DNA of 63,229 bases, counting the filler, from Folioceros fuciformis (lineage: Eukaryota): NCBI GenBank assembly GCA_049999805.1. It is 11 parts of 11 records of this genome, joined end to end, with 100 filler letters (N's around TTAATTAATTAA, not from the genome) between each part and the next. Parts side by side here need not be neighbours in the genome. Positions count along the whole stretch, not along the records: positions 1 to 12,212 come from JBNGIO010003411.1; 10 more parts are not named here. One strand, 5' to 3'. The notes under the pieces are model-generated. The model had not been told where the DNA came from, ran no database searches, and saw only the letters and a list, made by a program, of their open reading frames with translations. Shown here one piece after another: positions 1 to 12,312 of this stretch (positions are counted from its first letter, which is position 1; every line of letters begins with the position of its first letter). The translations under genes and the position numbers were made by a program.

Positions 1-511
1 CTAGAGCTAGCCAGGGCCCGGCGCTTGTCCACAGGCCACAAGTACTCACGGGGCCCAGAGTACTAGTGGACTACATGGGGGCACCCGGATTTGGAGGAGA
101 GCTTGAAGGCGAGTGACGATGGAGTGTGATCAGGGTGCAGGAATTACTGTTCAGCTCCAGGTTGCCCCTGACCAGGTCTGCTGTCATCAGCTTGCCACCA
201 CCACTACCACTGGTTGCGCTTGCGCTGCCCACTTCTGCAAGTGGAGTTCCAGCTACGTGTTGCAGCCGGTTGTTTGGAGCAATGGTGATGCGGATAGCAA
301 CCTGTGTGGAGTCACTTGAACTTGCCATCGACTAGCCGCGCGCCACCGGATCCCGGATCCTTGATCCTCCCACCCACGAAGAGCTTACAGCTAGCTAGTA
401 CAGGCCTAGGCCTAAGCCTGCGGATACGGACCTGTCCATGCTCCAGGATTGCAAATCCAACGTGTAGTGATCGACTGCGATGAGCTCCTGAACCACTAGT
501 TGGAGCTTGTT

Positions 512-3500
512 ATGGAACGGGCCCGAGAGACGCTCAGCGATGAGCACGTCGGGAAGAATATGCCCATGATAGCGAATGATATGCCCGCTTTTGCCACTTC
601 GTCCGTCAACTGCAGGCCTGGGTCTGCGAATCACCGGTCGCGAATGCTCGCCATGATCAACATTGCTTCCGGGGCCTGCTCTGCTTCCTCGCTCAAAGGT
701 ACGTACCTACCCACCTGCGTTGCGTTGCGTTGCCGTTTGTATCATTGCGTACCACATGTTCGGCTAGCTAGGTAGCTACAAGTTGTGCAGCCATGCATTC
801 GATTTGAAGCACAAAAAAATCATTTCCGGTCCAGGTCTGTCTATACACTAGTAATTGTCTGATCAGTCGTCTTCGGCCNNNNNNNNNNNNNNNNNNNNNN
901 NNNNNNNNNNNNNNNNNNNNNNNNNNNNNNNNNNNNNNNNNNNNNNNNNNNNNNNNNNNNNNNNNNNNNNNNNNNNNNGAAGACGACTGAGAGACCTAGG
1001 ATAGGCTAGGGTACGGCAGGATAGGATAGTCTTGGCTTGGCTTAGCTAGTACAGTAGTGTGCAATTTGGAGAGGTGCAGCGGTGTGTTGTTCCGGATCTG
1101 GATGTGCATTCCTTAAATTGTAAACTTTCTGAAATGTTGCTGGCAGCAGATCACTTGCAATGGAGCAACCTACGCTCGGGGGGAACGTGGGGCGTCCTCC
1201 AGGGCCACGACCAGGGGCTGGTGAATATTGCGCAAGCCAATCCCATCGCGAATCATGCCCACAACGTTAATGGGCACCAGCAGCTGGGGCCCCAGGGAAT
1301 TGTGCCAGAAATGGCCCCGGGTGAATCAGCAGCGGTCCAAGTGCAGCTTCCACTGCCTGATCCCCCTGCACCTGCTGCTACTGCTGCACCTACTTCCAGA
1401 GAACTTGGCCCACACCTAGCTATGCATATGCATATGGGAGGTGGCGGCCCGGACGCGGCCCGTGCCGTGGTGGCGGATGAAGTTGCAGCGACAGCCCTCT
1501 ACTTCCACATCAACAGCAACAGAGCATCCGGATCCGGAGGACCGTTAGCATGCGCTGCGCCTAACTGCACAGCGCCTACAGGTGCGACCATGTCCCCGAT
1601 GAAGCGCTCTTTCTACACAATGTTCAGCGACGCCTCTGACGACGCTCCAGATGACCTGGATACCTGCATAGTCGACTGCACTCATGTGGAGAAGAAACGG
1701 CGGCTAACCGTGCAGCAGCTGCGAGCTCTCGAGTCCAATTTCGACAAGGAGAATAAGCTGGAGCCGGAAAGAAAAATGCAGCTTGCGCACGATCTCGGGC
1801 TACAGCCGCGCCAGGTTGCAGTCTGGTTCCAGAACCGTCGGGCCCGTTGGAAAAATAAGCAACTAGAGAAGGACTACGATCAGCTGAAGCTGGAGTACGA
1901 CAACCTAGTGTTTGAGCGCGACAACCTCCAGTCGCAGGTATGCATCCTCAGCCTGGCCTGGCCTTGTTGGACTGGCCTTTACAATTCCTATCTCAGCTCA
2001 CCTCGCACGTCGTCCTCTGTCACCAGCCCAACTCACACTCCTCCGTCCCTTCCTTCCTGCATCTTTGTTACAGGTGCGACTGCTCACAACAAAGCTGCAA
2101 GCATTTGAGCCCCCGAACCCGAAGCCCGACGGGGATGATGCCGGCATTTCGCAGCACACCAACAGGCTGAAGGTGGAGGAGATACAGACCTCTCCTGCAC
2201 CTGTGTCCGGTACTTCAACCTCTACTGGCCGATTACAACCGCGGTCTACTACTGCATTTCATGACAATGTTCGACTGCGCAACCAAGCAAACGAAGATGA
2301 AGACACGCCTGCTGACGTTGCTCCTGCTGCGCAAGCGCGTGCTGCTGAATCAGAAAAAGGGGAGTCCTTCCTGGAACTGGCGCCCGGAGGTCCTGGCCCA
2401 GGCCCAGGCCCGGGATCATCCGGATTCGCACTGTCTCCGGCCAATTCTGCAGAGGAAACTGGGATGGCTCTCACGGAGGGTTCAACAACCTGCGCAACAG
2501 GGTACTCTGGGGAAGTTGGGACTATGGCTACACTGGCGGACAACACGTCCATGATGGGCTATGACATGTCCCAGGTGTCCAGTCCCATCTTCAAGGTCTC
2601 TTCTCCCAGCGACTCCTCCATGGTCTCCACCACCTCTCTGTCCAAGACTCCCAATGGCCAGCAGCCCACGGCCCAAGACATACAGCTCGTCGCTGCAGTC
2701 GACTTGCCTGCCCTGTGTGTCAATGTGACTACGAGTGAGGCAAGTGTCATCAGTGCCGCTACTTTTCCTCCATGTGTTCCTGAATCCGCCAATGCCATGC
2801 CCGCCTTGGATTCCATTCCTGCAGATCAGCCGCCCATGGCCTATGCGGTACCGCTGGAGGCCTTGGACACTACTATAGCCACCAGCTCTGGACCAGGTCA
2901 GCACTTGCTTGTGCCAGCTAACGCCACTAGCACTGAAGCTCCCCACCACATCCATGTCCCTTACTCACTCTGTCACAAAAGCCAGACGGACCACATCCAT
3001 CATTCGCAGCTGCAGGCCGACACTAGTACTCCTCATGACCTAACACCCGGCCCGGTCCCCGCTGTTGTCAATCAGGCCAGTACTAGTACTAGTACTAGTA
3101 CGAGTCCTAGAAGTGGTGTTGGTGTACCCATGCCCAGCAGATCTGTGGTCTCTGCGGACAACTTCCTCCTCTCCTTCGCTGACCCTAGCCCTGCTGGCGC
3201 ATCAACCCGAGCCCGGCCATTGCAAGGACTTAGGAGGAACCTGTCTTCCCCATCTCTTCACCAAGTGAACCACAATCTGTGTCAGTTGAATCTGTGTCCC
3301 ATGGGCTTGAGCCAGGCCGCGGCGCCCGAGGCCCCGCCGGCGATCGACATAGCACCATCCTGTGAGGGGCAGGGACCCGGGCCCGGGCCCGGGTCTGCAT
3401 CTCCCTTGAGCGAACTACCTATTGACATGGCCCTTGGTGTGACCTCCAGGAGAGAGCCTTCCGGATTGTCGACGTATATATTTGAGCGTAGTACTTGTCC

Positions 3501-4065
3501 AGCTTCTACAGGTGTGAATGTTAGCGTTAACGTTGCAGGTGGTTACGCGGCCCCGAGGCCTGTTGGGAATGCACACGGGCCATTGCTGAGCAGCACTTAC
3601 GACTTCATGAAGAGCCGCCATCTCAACAAGCTGGCCAAGCTAGTCATTCCCAGCATGTTCCAAACTGGTGGCCATGGGCTGCCCTTGAACTTGGGTGCAG
3701 TCACTGCAGTGAGCCGAACAGTTACAGACTATGCCTCACCCAAGCGTCCAGCTGGGAGCATGAGCAATGTTAGCATATTTCACGTGCCACCTGCAGCTGC
3801 TGGCGATTCCAATGGCGGGGACCGCTCTAGTACTGAGCCTCTCCACCGGCCCCAGGTACCAACACTTCAGGCGCAGCCTCAGCCACAAGCTTTCGCTCAA
3901 CACCATCCTTTCCAGCAGGTCACCTTTCAAGCCGCCAAAGTGGAGCCGGAATCGGACTTTGTTCAAGAGCTCCTCCCACGATCAGCAGATCAGTGCAGCT
4001 CAAGCCAATTCGAGATTGTCGACAGCAGATCAGAAGGGTTGCCTTGCGATTGGTGGGAAGTGTGA
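512..4065 (+). CDS. Homeodomain-leucine zipper class I transcription factor (ATHB1/HAT5-like), about 988 aa, 3 exons: 512-698, 1150-1937, 2074-4065
   Basis: Homeodomain [60 protein letters not shown], followed by the zipper [35 protein letters not shown] introns are phase compatible (AAAG|GTACGT...GCAG|AT, phase 1; GCAG|GTATGC...TTACAG|GTG, phase 0). C-terminal aromatic/acidic motif CDWWEV. Exon 1 and the start codon (512 or 560) are inferred. Confidence 0.9.
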
Positions 4066-4487
4066 TCCTCCACTATGATCGTAAGCCTCGTCCCACACCG
4101 CCTATTTATCACGGGCATTCAATGTAAGATTTCCATTCAAGCCCGCTCTCACACCATGAACTTCCTTCTCTTCTTGTGCCAGGCCTGGTGTGCTCCAAAA
4201 GTCGAGGACCAAAGCCCATGGGCTTCCACGAAAACCGAACAGCTTTACTTCACGGGAGAAAAACACAGTCCTACTCTCAGTGCTTCAGCTTCATTGAATC
4301 CATCTTCCCATTCCAGTCCTAACCTACAAAGAGGATGGACAAGAAGGGAGACACCTAGCTGGCTCATGCCCATATGTGCTGTTGTGCATAAGGGTAGTCG
4401 AAGGCTAACCCAATGCACCAATTCGGCACAGCATGACCAGCTGCAGGCCATCTACAGAACGTTTGTATGAATTGTTGCTTGTTGGAA

Positions 4488-7400
4488 TTAAGAAAATGGT
4501 TTGTCAGCTGCAGTGCCTAATGTTTCATGAGACGATGGGAGTGCGCACTCTGCTTCCACTGCCAAGCTCTTCGCTGTTCCAGGGCATGGATCGACAGCGC
4601 TGAATTGCCGCCAGCCAACCCCCAGTGCGCACGAGCTCTTCCCACTACATGCCTACATAAATACAAGGGATGCCGCAATGCCAGAATTGGCTGACTGTCT
4701 GACTTGACATTCAAAAACATGAAACGAAACATCCAGAGATAAGAACCTACCTGACTGACCGTTTCCAGCGAGGTCGCGACGTGGCAAGTCCCTACTTGAA
4801 ACTCTCCGCACCGACCTTGAGCGTTACCGTAACTAGCAAACTTGATACCTGAAATGACAAGTCCCTCGGAGCATCGCAGTTGTACCTCAGGCAATGGACT
4901 GTGCTCTTGGAATGGATCCCACGCCTCAATAGGGGGTGGATCGGACTCAGTGACATGCCCACAGACTGTGGACACATTGAGGGTACGCAGTGTAACTCCA
5001 GAAACATTGCCTCTCGATTCTTCGAACAGAACCAGCAAATTATCATTCTCTTCAGAAATAAATGATCGAGGAACATGATACCTGAACCCATCAAACAGCG
5101 ATTCAGAAACTTCTGCCAGAGAACTGCAGCAATGGATTTCTTAGGGAGGCCACACTTACAAAACTTGTGAGGGTCTTCCGCAACCAGATGCGCATTTGCT
5201 TGGATCGTATCGTCCCCGCCAGTTGCAATCTGGAGAGCAACCGGTTGCAGGAGCGAGAACCGTAGCCCAGTACCTCCCTAAGTGAAAACCGTTGATCCAA
5301 GCTTGCCCCTTCCCCATGCTGCTCAGGTCGAGAGCTAATGGATGTCCTTCAGGTGGAGATTTGAAAGTACTCTGCTAGGTGTCCACAGTCCTACACTTGT
5401 GAGAAGGCATGCTTTCCAACTACTAGTGTCTACAGCTTGCCAAAAGTCTTATCAGAGTGTCAGCCTTATAATAAGTTTCTTGTGTTGGCTTTCGGGAACT
5501 GCACCTTGTACCACATTAAAGACTGGTTGCTTGACGGTACTACTGAGCTCCACAAGACAGATGAGCAACCTGTACGACTAAAAAGTTCCCAGCTTTCACC
5601 CTGCAGGCCAGCCTGGAAAAAAAAACAAAACACACTGCCTACATATCATCTCTTTGATTTTAGGACTGTCACAGATAGGCAGAACATTACGTAAGAGGCA
5701 AGATTATAGGGTGGAAAACTCCGTGACCTGATACGTCCAATTACCAGCACCAAGATCTCTTTCCCCAGAAGGAAGCCCTCTTAATGTAACTTTGCCTTGA
5801 ATTCCTGCTCCAAATGCCTCAAGTCTTGCACCATAGTTCTTTTCTCGCGATGACAGAAACATGGGCAGGAACTCAAACAGTATGTCCATGCCGTGCGAAA
5901 AAGCATGCACCAATCGCATGAATCTTGGAGGCTGGACTGTTCGAGACCAGATATCCACGAGAACGACATTCAAGTTATCCATACCTGGAGGCCAACCGTG
6001 AAGCAAAGCAGTGCAATATCATTGATCCCAGCCCGTAGAGTAACAGCCTGCTCCAGATCGAATGTCAAACTTGAACCGCTTCCTATTCTCCCTCCTGACA
6101 GCTGCACACATTAGGAGGGGCGTATTCATCAAATTCTTCATAGCACAAGAAGTTGTCATACCCAACCAACCTTGCAGCTCCGAATTCACAAAGATATAAA
6201 CTCCATCCCTGAGGGACGTAATAGAAATGGAGGCCTGACTTGACCCAAGAGCGCTATGCTCGGTTTCTGATACCTGCAGACTGCATGTTAGGAGGCAAAT
6301 TTAGACTGGCGAATGTCCATACACTACATATTCAAGCAGCTTGACAGGTTCGCCAGAAGCACTTGATGTTTTGATCGACAGCAGCATACGCTAGTCTCTA
6401 CATACCTACCTGGTTGTATACCACAAATAATCTGTCAGGTCATGTGTGGTACGAATCTGCTCTAGTAAGCCAGCATGGTAGAATGCGGAGCCCAACGATA
6501 CACCTGTGGGCTCCTGGTACGAGACCCACTCCGACGAAGACCAAACGGCACTGGGATCACTTAAGACAGACATTTCTGTGATCTGTCAAACAAAGCAAAA
6601 CATTCTTGAGGTTGTAGCTTCTTCAGGCTTCAACGAGTGTACACCCATGAGGACCATACCTTTGCTGTGTTGTATACAGATGTCTGGCAGTCGGGGAGGA
6701 TGCTAACAGACCACCCGGGCAAATCATAGGCCTGGCCATTAAAGGTAACTGTCGCATCATAGGTGTTTGTGTTCGATAGAAGTGCTGCACATAGTCTTCC
6801 ATCTCGAAGTATCTGTTCCACAGATGTCGCATTCTGCACATCTGAGTATAAATAGGCCTGCACGTTTATACATCCGCATGTATCAGATGCCATCGCAAAC
6901 ACGTGCCCCCTACTCGATTTCTGCATGCAGTGCCTACCTCTTGGTCGCCAGAGTCGGAGAGAGGCAAGTATAGAGACAAGGAATCACTTGCAACCAGGGT
7001 TGGCTCGATAATTCTGATCGCTAAATGAAGTTTCCTTAAGTGACCCCATTTTGGGTATCTCTCGTGTCCTACCAGCATCATATCTGTCAGAAGCACGACA
7101 ATGTTTCACAAGATCGAGCAAACTTAACCACTAGTCCTGTACAGGACCTCACCGTATTCGTCTATAGGGGCATCATAGTCATAACTTGTTGTGATAAACG
7201 GGCCTCCGGATGACCGTTCGAAGTTTGTTCCACCATAGTACTGCAGCAGACGATTCTTAAGCCCGCATAAACTTCAACAGAGCAGCCACCGTCTCTTATC
7301 CTCCGTCAAAGACACTATGGTGAGCCCAGTACCATGTAGTAGTTCTGAAAGCTGCCTCCGCGTTGGAAAAATCGTGCCACAGCAAATGCGATATCCTGAA

Positions 7401-8960
7401 CTGGACGATGTGGTGTTGAGCCTTGCCAATGATGAAACCTGAAACGACATCAAAACTATTTCAACTGCTGTTGCCGGTAGAAGCTTTATTTTCCGCCATA
7501 TCAGAAGGCATTGCACCAAACAGAACGATTGAGCAACATACCAGCCTGTCCAGTTCTCGGTCCACATCTTAGGTTTGTTGCTATCAGATGGTTCAAAATT
7601 ATCACAGTAGAATCCATTGCATGTATTTATCTGTAATACAAACATATACATCTGATTCAGTCCAACCTGGACTTTCTGCTCGTCGCACCCAAAGACGTGA
7701 AGTTGGGAGAACAGGGAACTAACAGCAGATCCTTACAATGTTTGCTGGAGCATTGCCTTGTTGGCACATAATCCACGGAATCGTTGTGTTCAATGTTGTC
7801 ACCAAGGCCGCTGCCCATTCCATATACCTTTGTCCGGCATCTCCAAATGCACTCTGTACGTTGCCATATTCATTTTCGATCTGCAAAACTCACTCGCAGT
7901 CAGACACTGTCCTTCAGGAATCTACGAGCATACACATAGACCAGCAGACAACTCTAAAGAAGGAAAAAAATACCAACACACCTGACCCAGGATTATTGGT
8001 CCTCCTTGCTCAGCGAAGAGGTTGTTTTTCCGCATCAAACTCACTATCTCCTGGACAAAGCGTCGCATCTCTTGCTGACAGGGGCAATCAATTCCGTGGA
8101 GTCAGACACCGTGTAGTTTGCGAGAACGCCCGACCACTCAAACAGAAACCAGTCGGTCTGGACTCCAGGAACGTACCTTAAACGGCTGATTGTCCGTCCG
8201 GAATGCGATACCAGGAATTTCGTTTAGCCAAGCTGGAAAGCCTCTGGTAACGATCAAGAAAGTGAGTCACGCTTGAAAATCCACTCACGCCTTGCTAACG
8301 AGCATAACCTGAGACTTCCGTACCCGAAGTTCCACTCTGCACAGACATATGGACCAATGCGGAGATTGACATACAGCCCGGCGTTCTGGACCAGCTTGAT
8401 GAATCGAACTAAATCGTATCGGCCCCCGAAATAGTACTACGTGGCAACAGAAGGACGTTGTAAGCAGCTCATCAAGGCAGCGCATAGCACGGTGCACACC
8501 ACTGGCCAATTCAGGATTTTTACTTGTCCCGGATGACGTTCGTGACCAGACCAGAAAACGTAAGTCTGAATGACGTCCAAGCCTCCATCTCTCGCCTTGG
8601 AAATTAAACCCGGCCACATCTGTCACAAATGTAAGCCACATCGAAGTCCATCCGCGCTTCGGTAGGACTAGTGTACGTGGAACAGAATCGGAGACAAATT
8701 AAGATTGGATTGGCTCTGTCTGTGAATGCGCGTGAGAGCCATGCAATTCCGAAACTGACCTCCGGAGCACTGCGAGGATAGTGGATGGAGCCAGAGCTGA
8801 GTATCCTGCGCTGTCCATCGATGACAAGAGCTCGTCTGTCGTAGGTGACCTGCAGGCCTTCCTTCATCGGATTCCTTGGAGATGGGGAAGGTTTGTCATC
8901 TCCTCGGCTAAAATTCAGTGTCAACAGAATTGCGATCACTAGAACCTTGAGATTCACCAT
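4488..8960 (-). CDS. Beta-galactosidase, glycoside hydrolase family 35 with C-terminal galactose-binding lectin domain (multi-exon, apparently complete)
   Basis: Signal peptide [15 protein letters not shown], then [79 protein letters not shown]...[40 protein letters not shown]...[17 protein letters not shown] stop at 4488-4490. Confidence 0.95.
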
Positions 8961-10233
8961 CCTGCAAGCCGGCTGCTCCAGAATTCGTGCCCAGAAATGA
9001 ATCTTTCAGCGGATTATGTAAGTGCTCCAACTGCAAGCACAGCATTTGTCCAATTAAGAAGCAACTCTGGCGCGGCCTTGCATGCCTTGACTACAGCCTC
9101 AAGTTCGAAGAATCGACCTCGCCTTACCCTTACGAGATGTGAATTCCTATTATCCTACAGCCTTTCCATGTGCAGCAGCCATCTTGCATGCGATTTATTC
9201 CAGGTTCTACGGAGATCTTCATCTCCTCAGATGTGATCAGCCTGGCGTGCATTCCACTCAATCTCTCGGAGACAAGTTCCTATTAAGAGGACAGCAGCAC
9301 CAGCATGACGAACTTGCTCAAGGCTCGTCTCGTGGGTGAATCGTCCGGTTAGTTGCGTAATGCTGCGGTTCAACACCGATAGTTATGATTGCATGACGTG
9401 TCAAGGAAATGCAGCCGTTGGTTTTACGTCGGACAAGTTGCCAGCGATGCCAACTTCTCTCTACACAGAGTATGTAGAGTACTTCGTTCCAGACTGACGG
9501 ACGGACCGACCACTCGAGAATCCGATGATGAGACGACGGAGCCTTCGAGTTGTGATAAGACACAAGTCCCCACTTTACTCTCACAAAAATGTGCTCAATT
9601 CCAAACCAATTATAACGTGTTATGCTCAATTCATAACGCTAGACAGTAGGGGAAAAAATTCCGCTTCAGCTCTTCAACGAAGAGTCGGAAGGGTTTTATT
9701 TAGTCTATAAGGTTTAGTAGCCCAAACAGAGAACAGTGATGTTCCATCCATCAAGCCCTGTTGCTTGGCAGGAATTGCACTGCCTTGGAGATGGCCTTCT
9801 CGGATAGAGAGGCACGTACTGGATCCATCGTCCATCCTGAGGGCAGAAAACGGTCCCCGATTTGGAACCGATCCACAGTTTCTGGAGACCAGATTGGATC
9901 AAATCTGCTAAACGGAGCTGATAACACCTCATGAAGCAAACAACGCAGCAAATCTGTCAAGGACAAGCTCTGCCGAATCTTCGATCCTTTTTATCCTCCT
10001 TGGCGGCGACAAGGGAGGCAGAGAACGCTTCGGAAGCGTCGACTCATAAATGCAACAAGCTACTGTATGTTTTATAACGCTGAGAATGTCCCGGAGAGAA
10101 GAGCCACAGATGTGATATACACAATCGCCCAGCAAGCCAAAACCAGCTACATACATGACCTGGTACAGCAGAGGACACGCGGAAGAGGTAACGGGGTCGT
10201 CACCCGAATCGTGACCTTTCTATTAGTCAACAG

Positions 10234-12190
10234 TTAGATTTGATTTCTCAGCAACCATTCCACGGCCGCTTGGACATCGCCCCCGCTTGCAGTCAAAGCC
10301 CGGATGTTGGTCTGCTGGTCAAAAAACCCCATTTCTTGCAGTTGGGAGAGCTGTTGGGCAAACACTTGCTCCGCGTTCGGAGGAGGCACATTTGCTGCCA
10401 AACCAGCAGCTAATGAGATGTCACGAAATGCCTCCAATTGTAGTGTACTAAGATTAAGGAGGTGCTTGCTTTGTAGACCTACCTCCGGCGGAGTCCAATG
10501 GGAAACCACCTCCAAGCCCACCCCACATGCTGTACAATGAGTTCAAATCAAGAAGAGGAAAGCTGCCAGGAGCTCCACCCTGAGCTGGTGTTCTGCACAA
10601 CACAACACAAGTTTACTGCTCACATACAACAGCAAGTATACGTGTTATTCCAACAAACAGGTCCTTAGTGTCACGACCATCAACAATGTGTTGATACTCA
10701 CTGTTCTGCTTGTGGCCTCCCCGGCGTCTGACCTGGGGCAGCCTGCTGAAACAATTGCTGCCGAAAGAAAAAGAGAGTCAGGCTAAACTGAAGCACCAAA
10801 GCAAGAGCAAACCGAGAAAGCAACGAGCAACAAGCGTCGGTACACAGACCTGAAAACTTTCTGGACTAGCAATTTGCCGCACGAAATCAGGGCTCTGCAT
10901 CATCTCTCGGATTTGGGGATTTGCATTTAGCAGCATCTGTAAATGAGGCTGCAGATTCAGCATCTACAAAGAAACATCCAAGCAAAAGGTTAGGTCGTGG
11001 GAGGCGGGTGACAACAGAGACAGATAACAAAAGGAAAGACAGCAGCCAGAGGACCAATGATTTCCGAATACCTGCATGATAGACTGGGGGTTGGCAAGCA
11101 GACCCTGCATCACCTGCTGGATTGCAGGGTTCTGCAGCATCTGCTGGAATGCAGGGTTCTGCAGCATCTGCTGCATAGCATTTGGATCCAAACCAAAGCC
11201 CAAACCACCAAAGGCACCCAAATCTGGTGTTCCAGAGCCAGCAAGGCCTCCAGAGCCGGTAAGCCCTGCTAGTGACCCAAACCCTGTACTTGCAGGAGTC
11301 GACCCTCCGAGTCCCTGAGCTGTTGGGTTCGCACCCCCTGTACCTCCTGGAACAAGAAAACAAGAGGTCCTCAGGTACAGGAAAAGAGGGTGAGTCCTGA
11401 TAGGCATGTGAGGGCACCCGCAGCTGACACTTACGTTGAGGGTTCCAAGGATTTGGGAGAGGAGCAGTATTCGGGAGAGTGGTGGTTGTGGAGGCAGAGT
11501 TTGGGGCACCCGCGGGAGATGCAGGCGCAGCATCTGCAGGCGGAGTCTGATTCAGTGTCAACTGCTGTAAGCCCAACAATCCTCCAAACGGATTAGCTGC
11601 AGTGTCACCGGCAGCATCGCTCCCCATAGCTGCAGCATTCATCAATGGCTCTTGGACGGTCTCGTACATTCTCCTGAGCATGTTGAAACCTTCAGGAGAG
11701 GCTTCAATGTTGCTCATAGCCCGGTCGGTGTTCCTCATCATCTCCCGCATGAGCTCCGGATTTCTAGCAGCATCCAATGTTTGGCGCAGAGTGCCAGGAT
11801 CATTCAAGATATGTGCAAGATCAGGATTCCTGTCAATTATGTCCCTCATCTGCGGGTTGCTCATAATCAAACTGCGCATCATCTCGGGATTGTTCATCAA
11901 ATTCTGCACCGCAGGCATGTTCATCATCTCCCGCATCAAGTTGGGATTTTGAATGAGTTGCTGCTGTACATGCTGAAACTCGGGTCCAAGGCCGGCAGCG
12001 GTAGCTCCCCCCGGTCCCAGAAACGGCAGGCCCTCCAAACCGGCAGCTGCCCCCAAACCCGGGCTTGGAGCTGCAGGAAATGCTCCAGCCAGACCAGGCA
12101 ATGCGGCAGGCGGGGTGGCAGCTGCCGCTGCAGCCGACGCAGATGACGGAGCTCCTCTAACAAGATGGACTGTGTGATCATGCTGCAACC
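10234..12190 (-). CDS. DSK2: DSK2/ubiquilin ubiquitin receptor (UBL-STI1-UBA), 5'-truncated at scaffold end
   Basis: End of UBL domain [16 protein letters not shown]1 repeats [42 protein letters not shown]...[36 protein letters not shown] domain [35 protein letters not shown]. Exons joined by GT-AG introns. Confidence 0.93.
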
Positions 12191-12212
12191 CTGCCAACAC
12201 CAAGCACAGAAC

Positions 12213-12312
12213 NNNNNNNNNNNNNNNNNNNNNNNNNNNNNNNNNNNNNNNNNNNNTTAATTAATTAANNNNNNNNNNNNNNNNNNNNNNNNNNNNNNNN
12301 NNNNNNNNNNNN
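12213..12312. other. Artificial scaffold spacer N44-TTAATTAATTAA-N44 (also at 20565-20664, 23665-23764, 36318-36417, 39576-39675, 42861-42960, 49881-49980, 56022-56121, 58397-58496, 60387-60486)
   Basis: The identical 100-bp linker with stop codons in all six frames recurs 10 times, and genes are cut off at these linkers. Confidence 0.98.

Noticed and set aside
12257-12268. Recurrent TTAATTAATTAA palindrome as a biological motif
   Set aside because: It is always centred in exactly 88 Ns, so it is an assembly linker.
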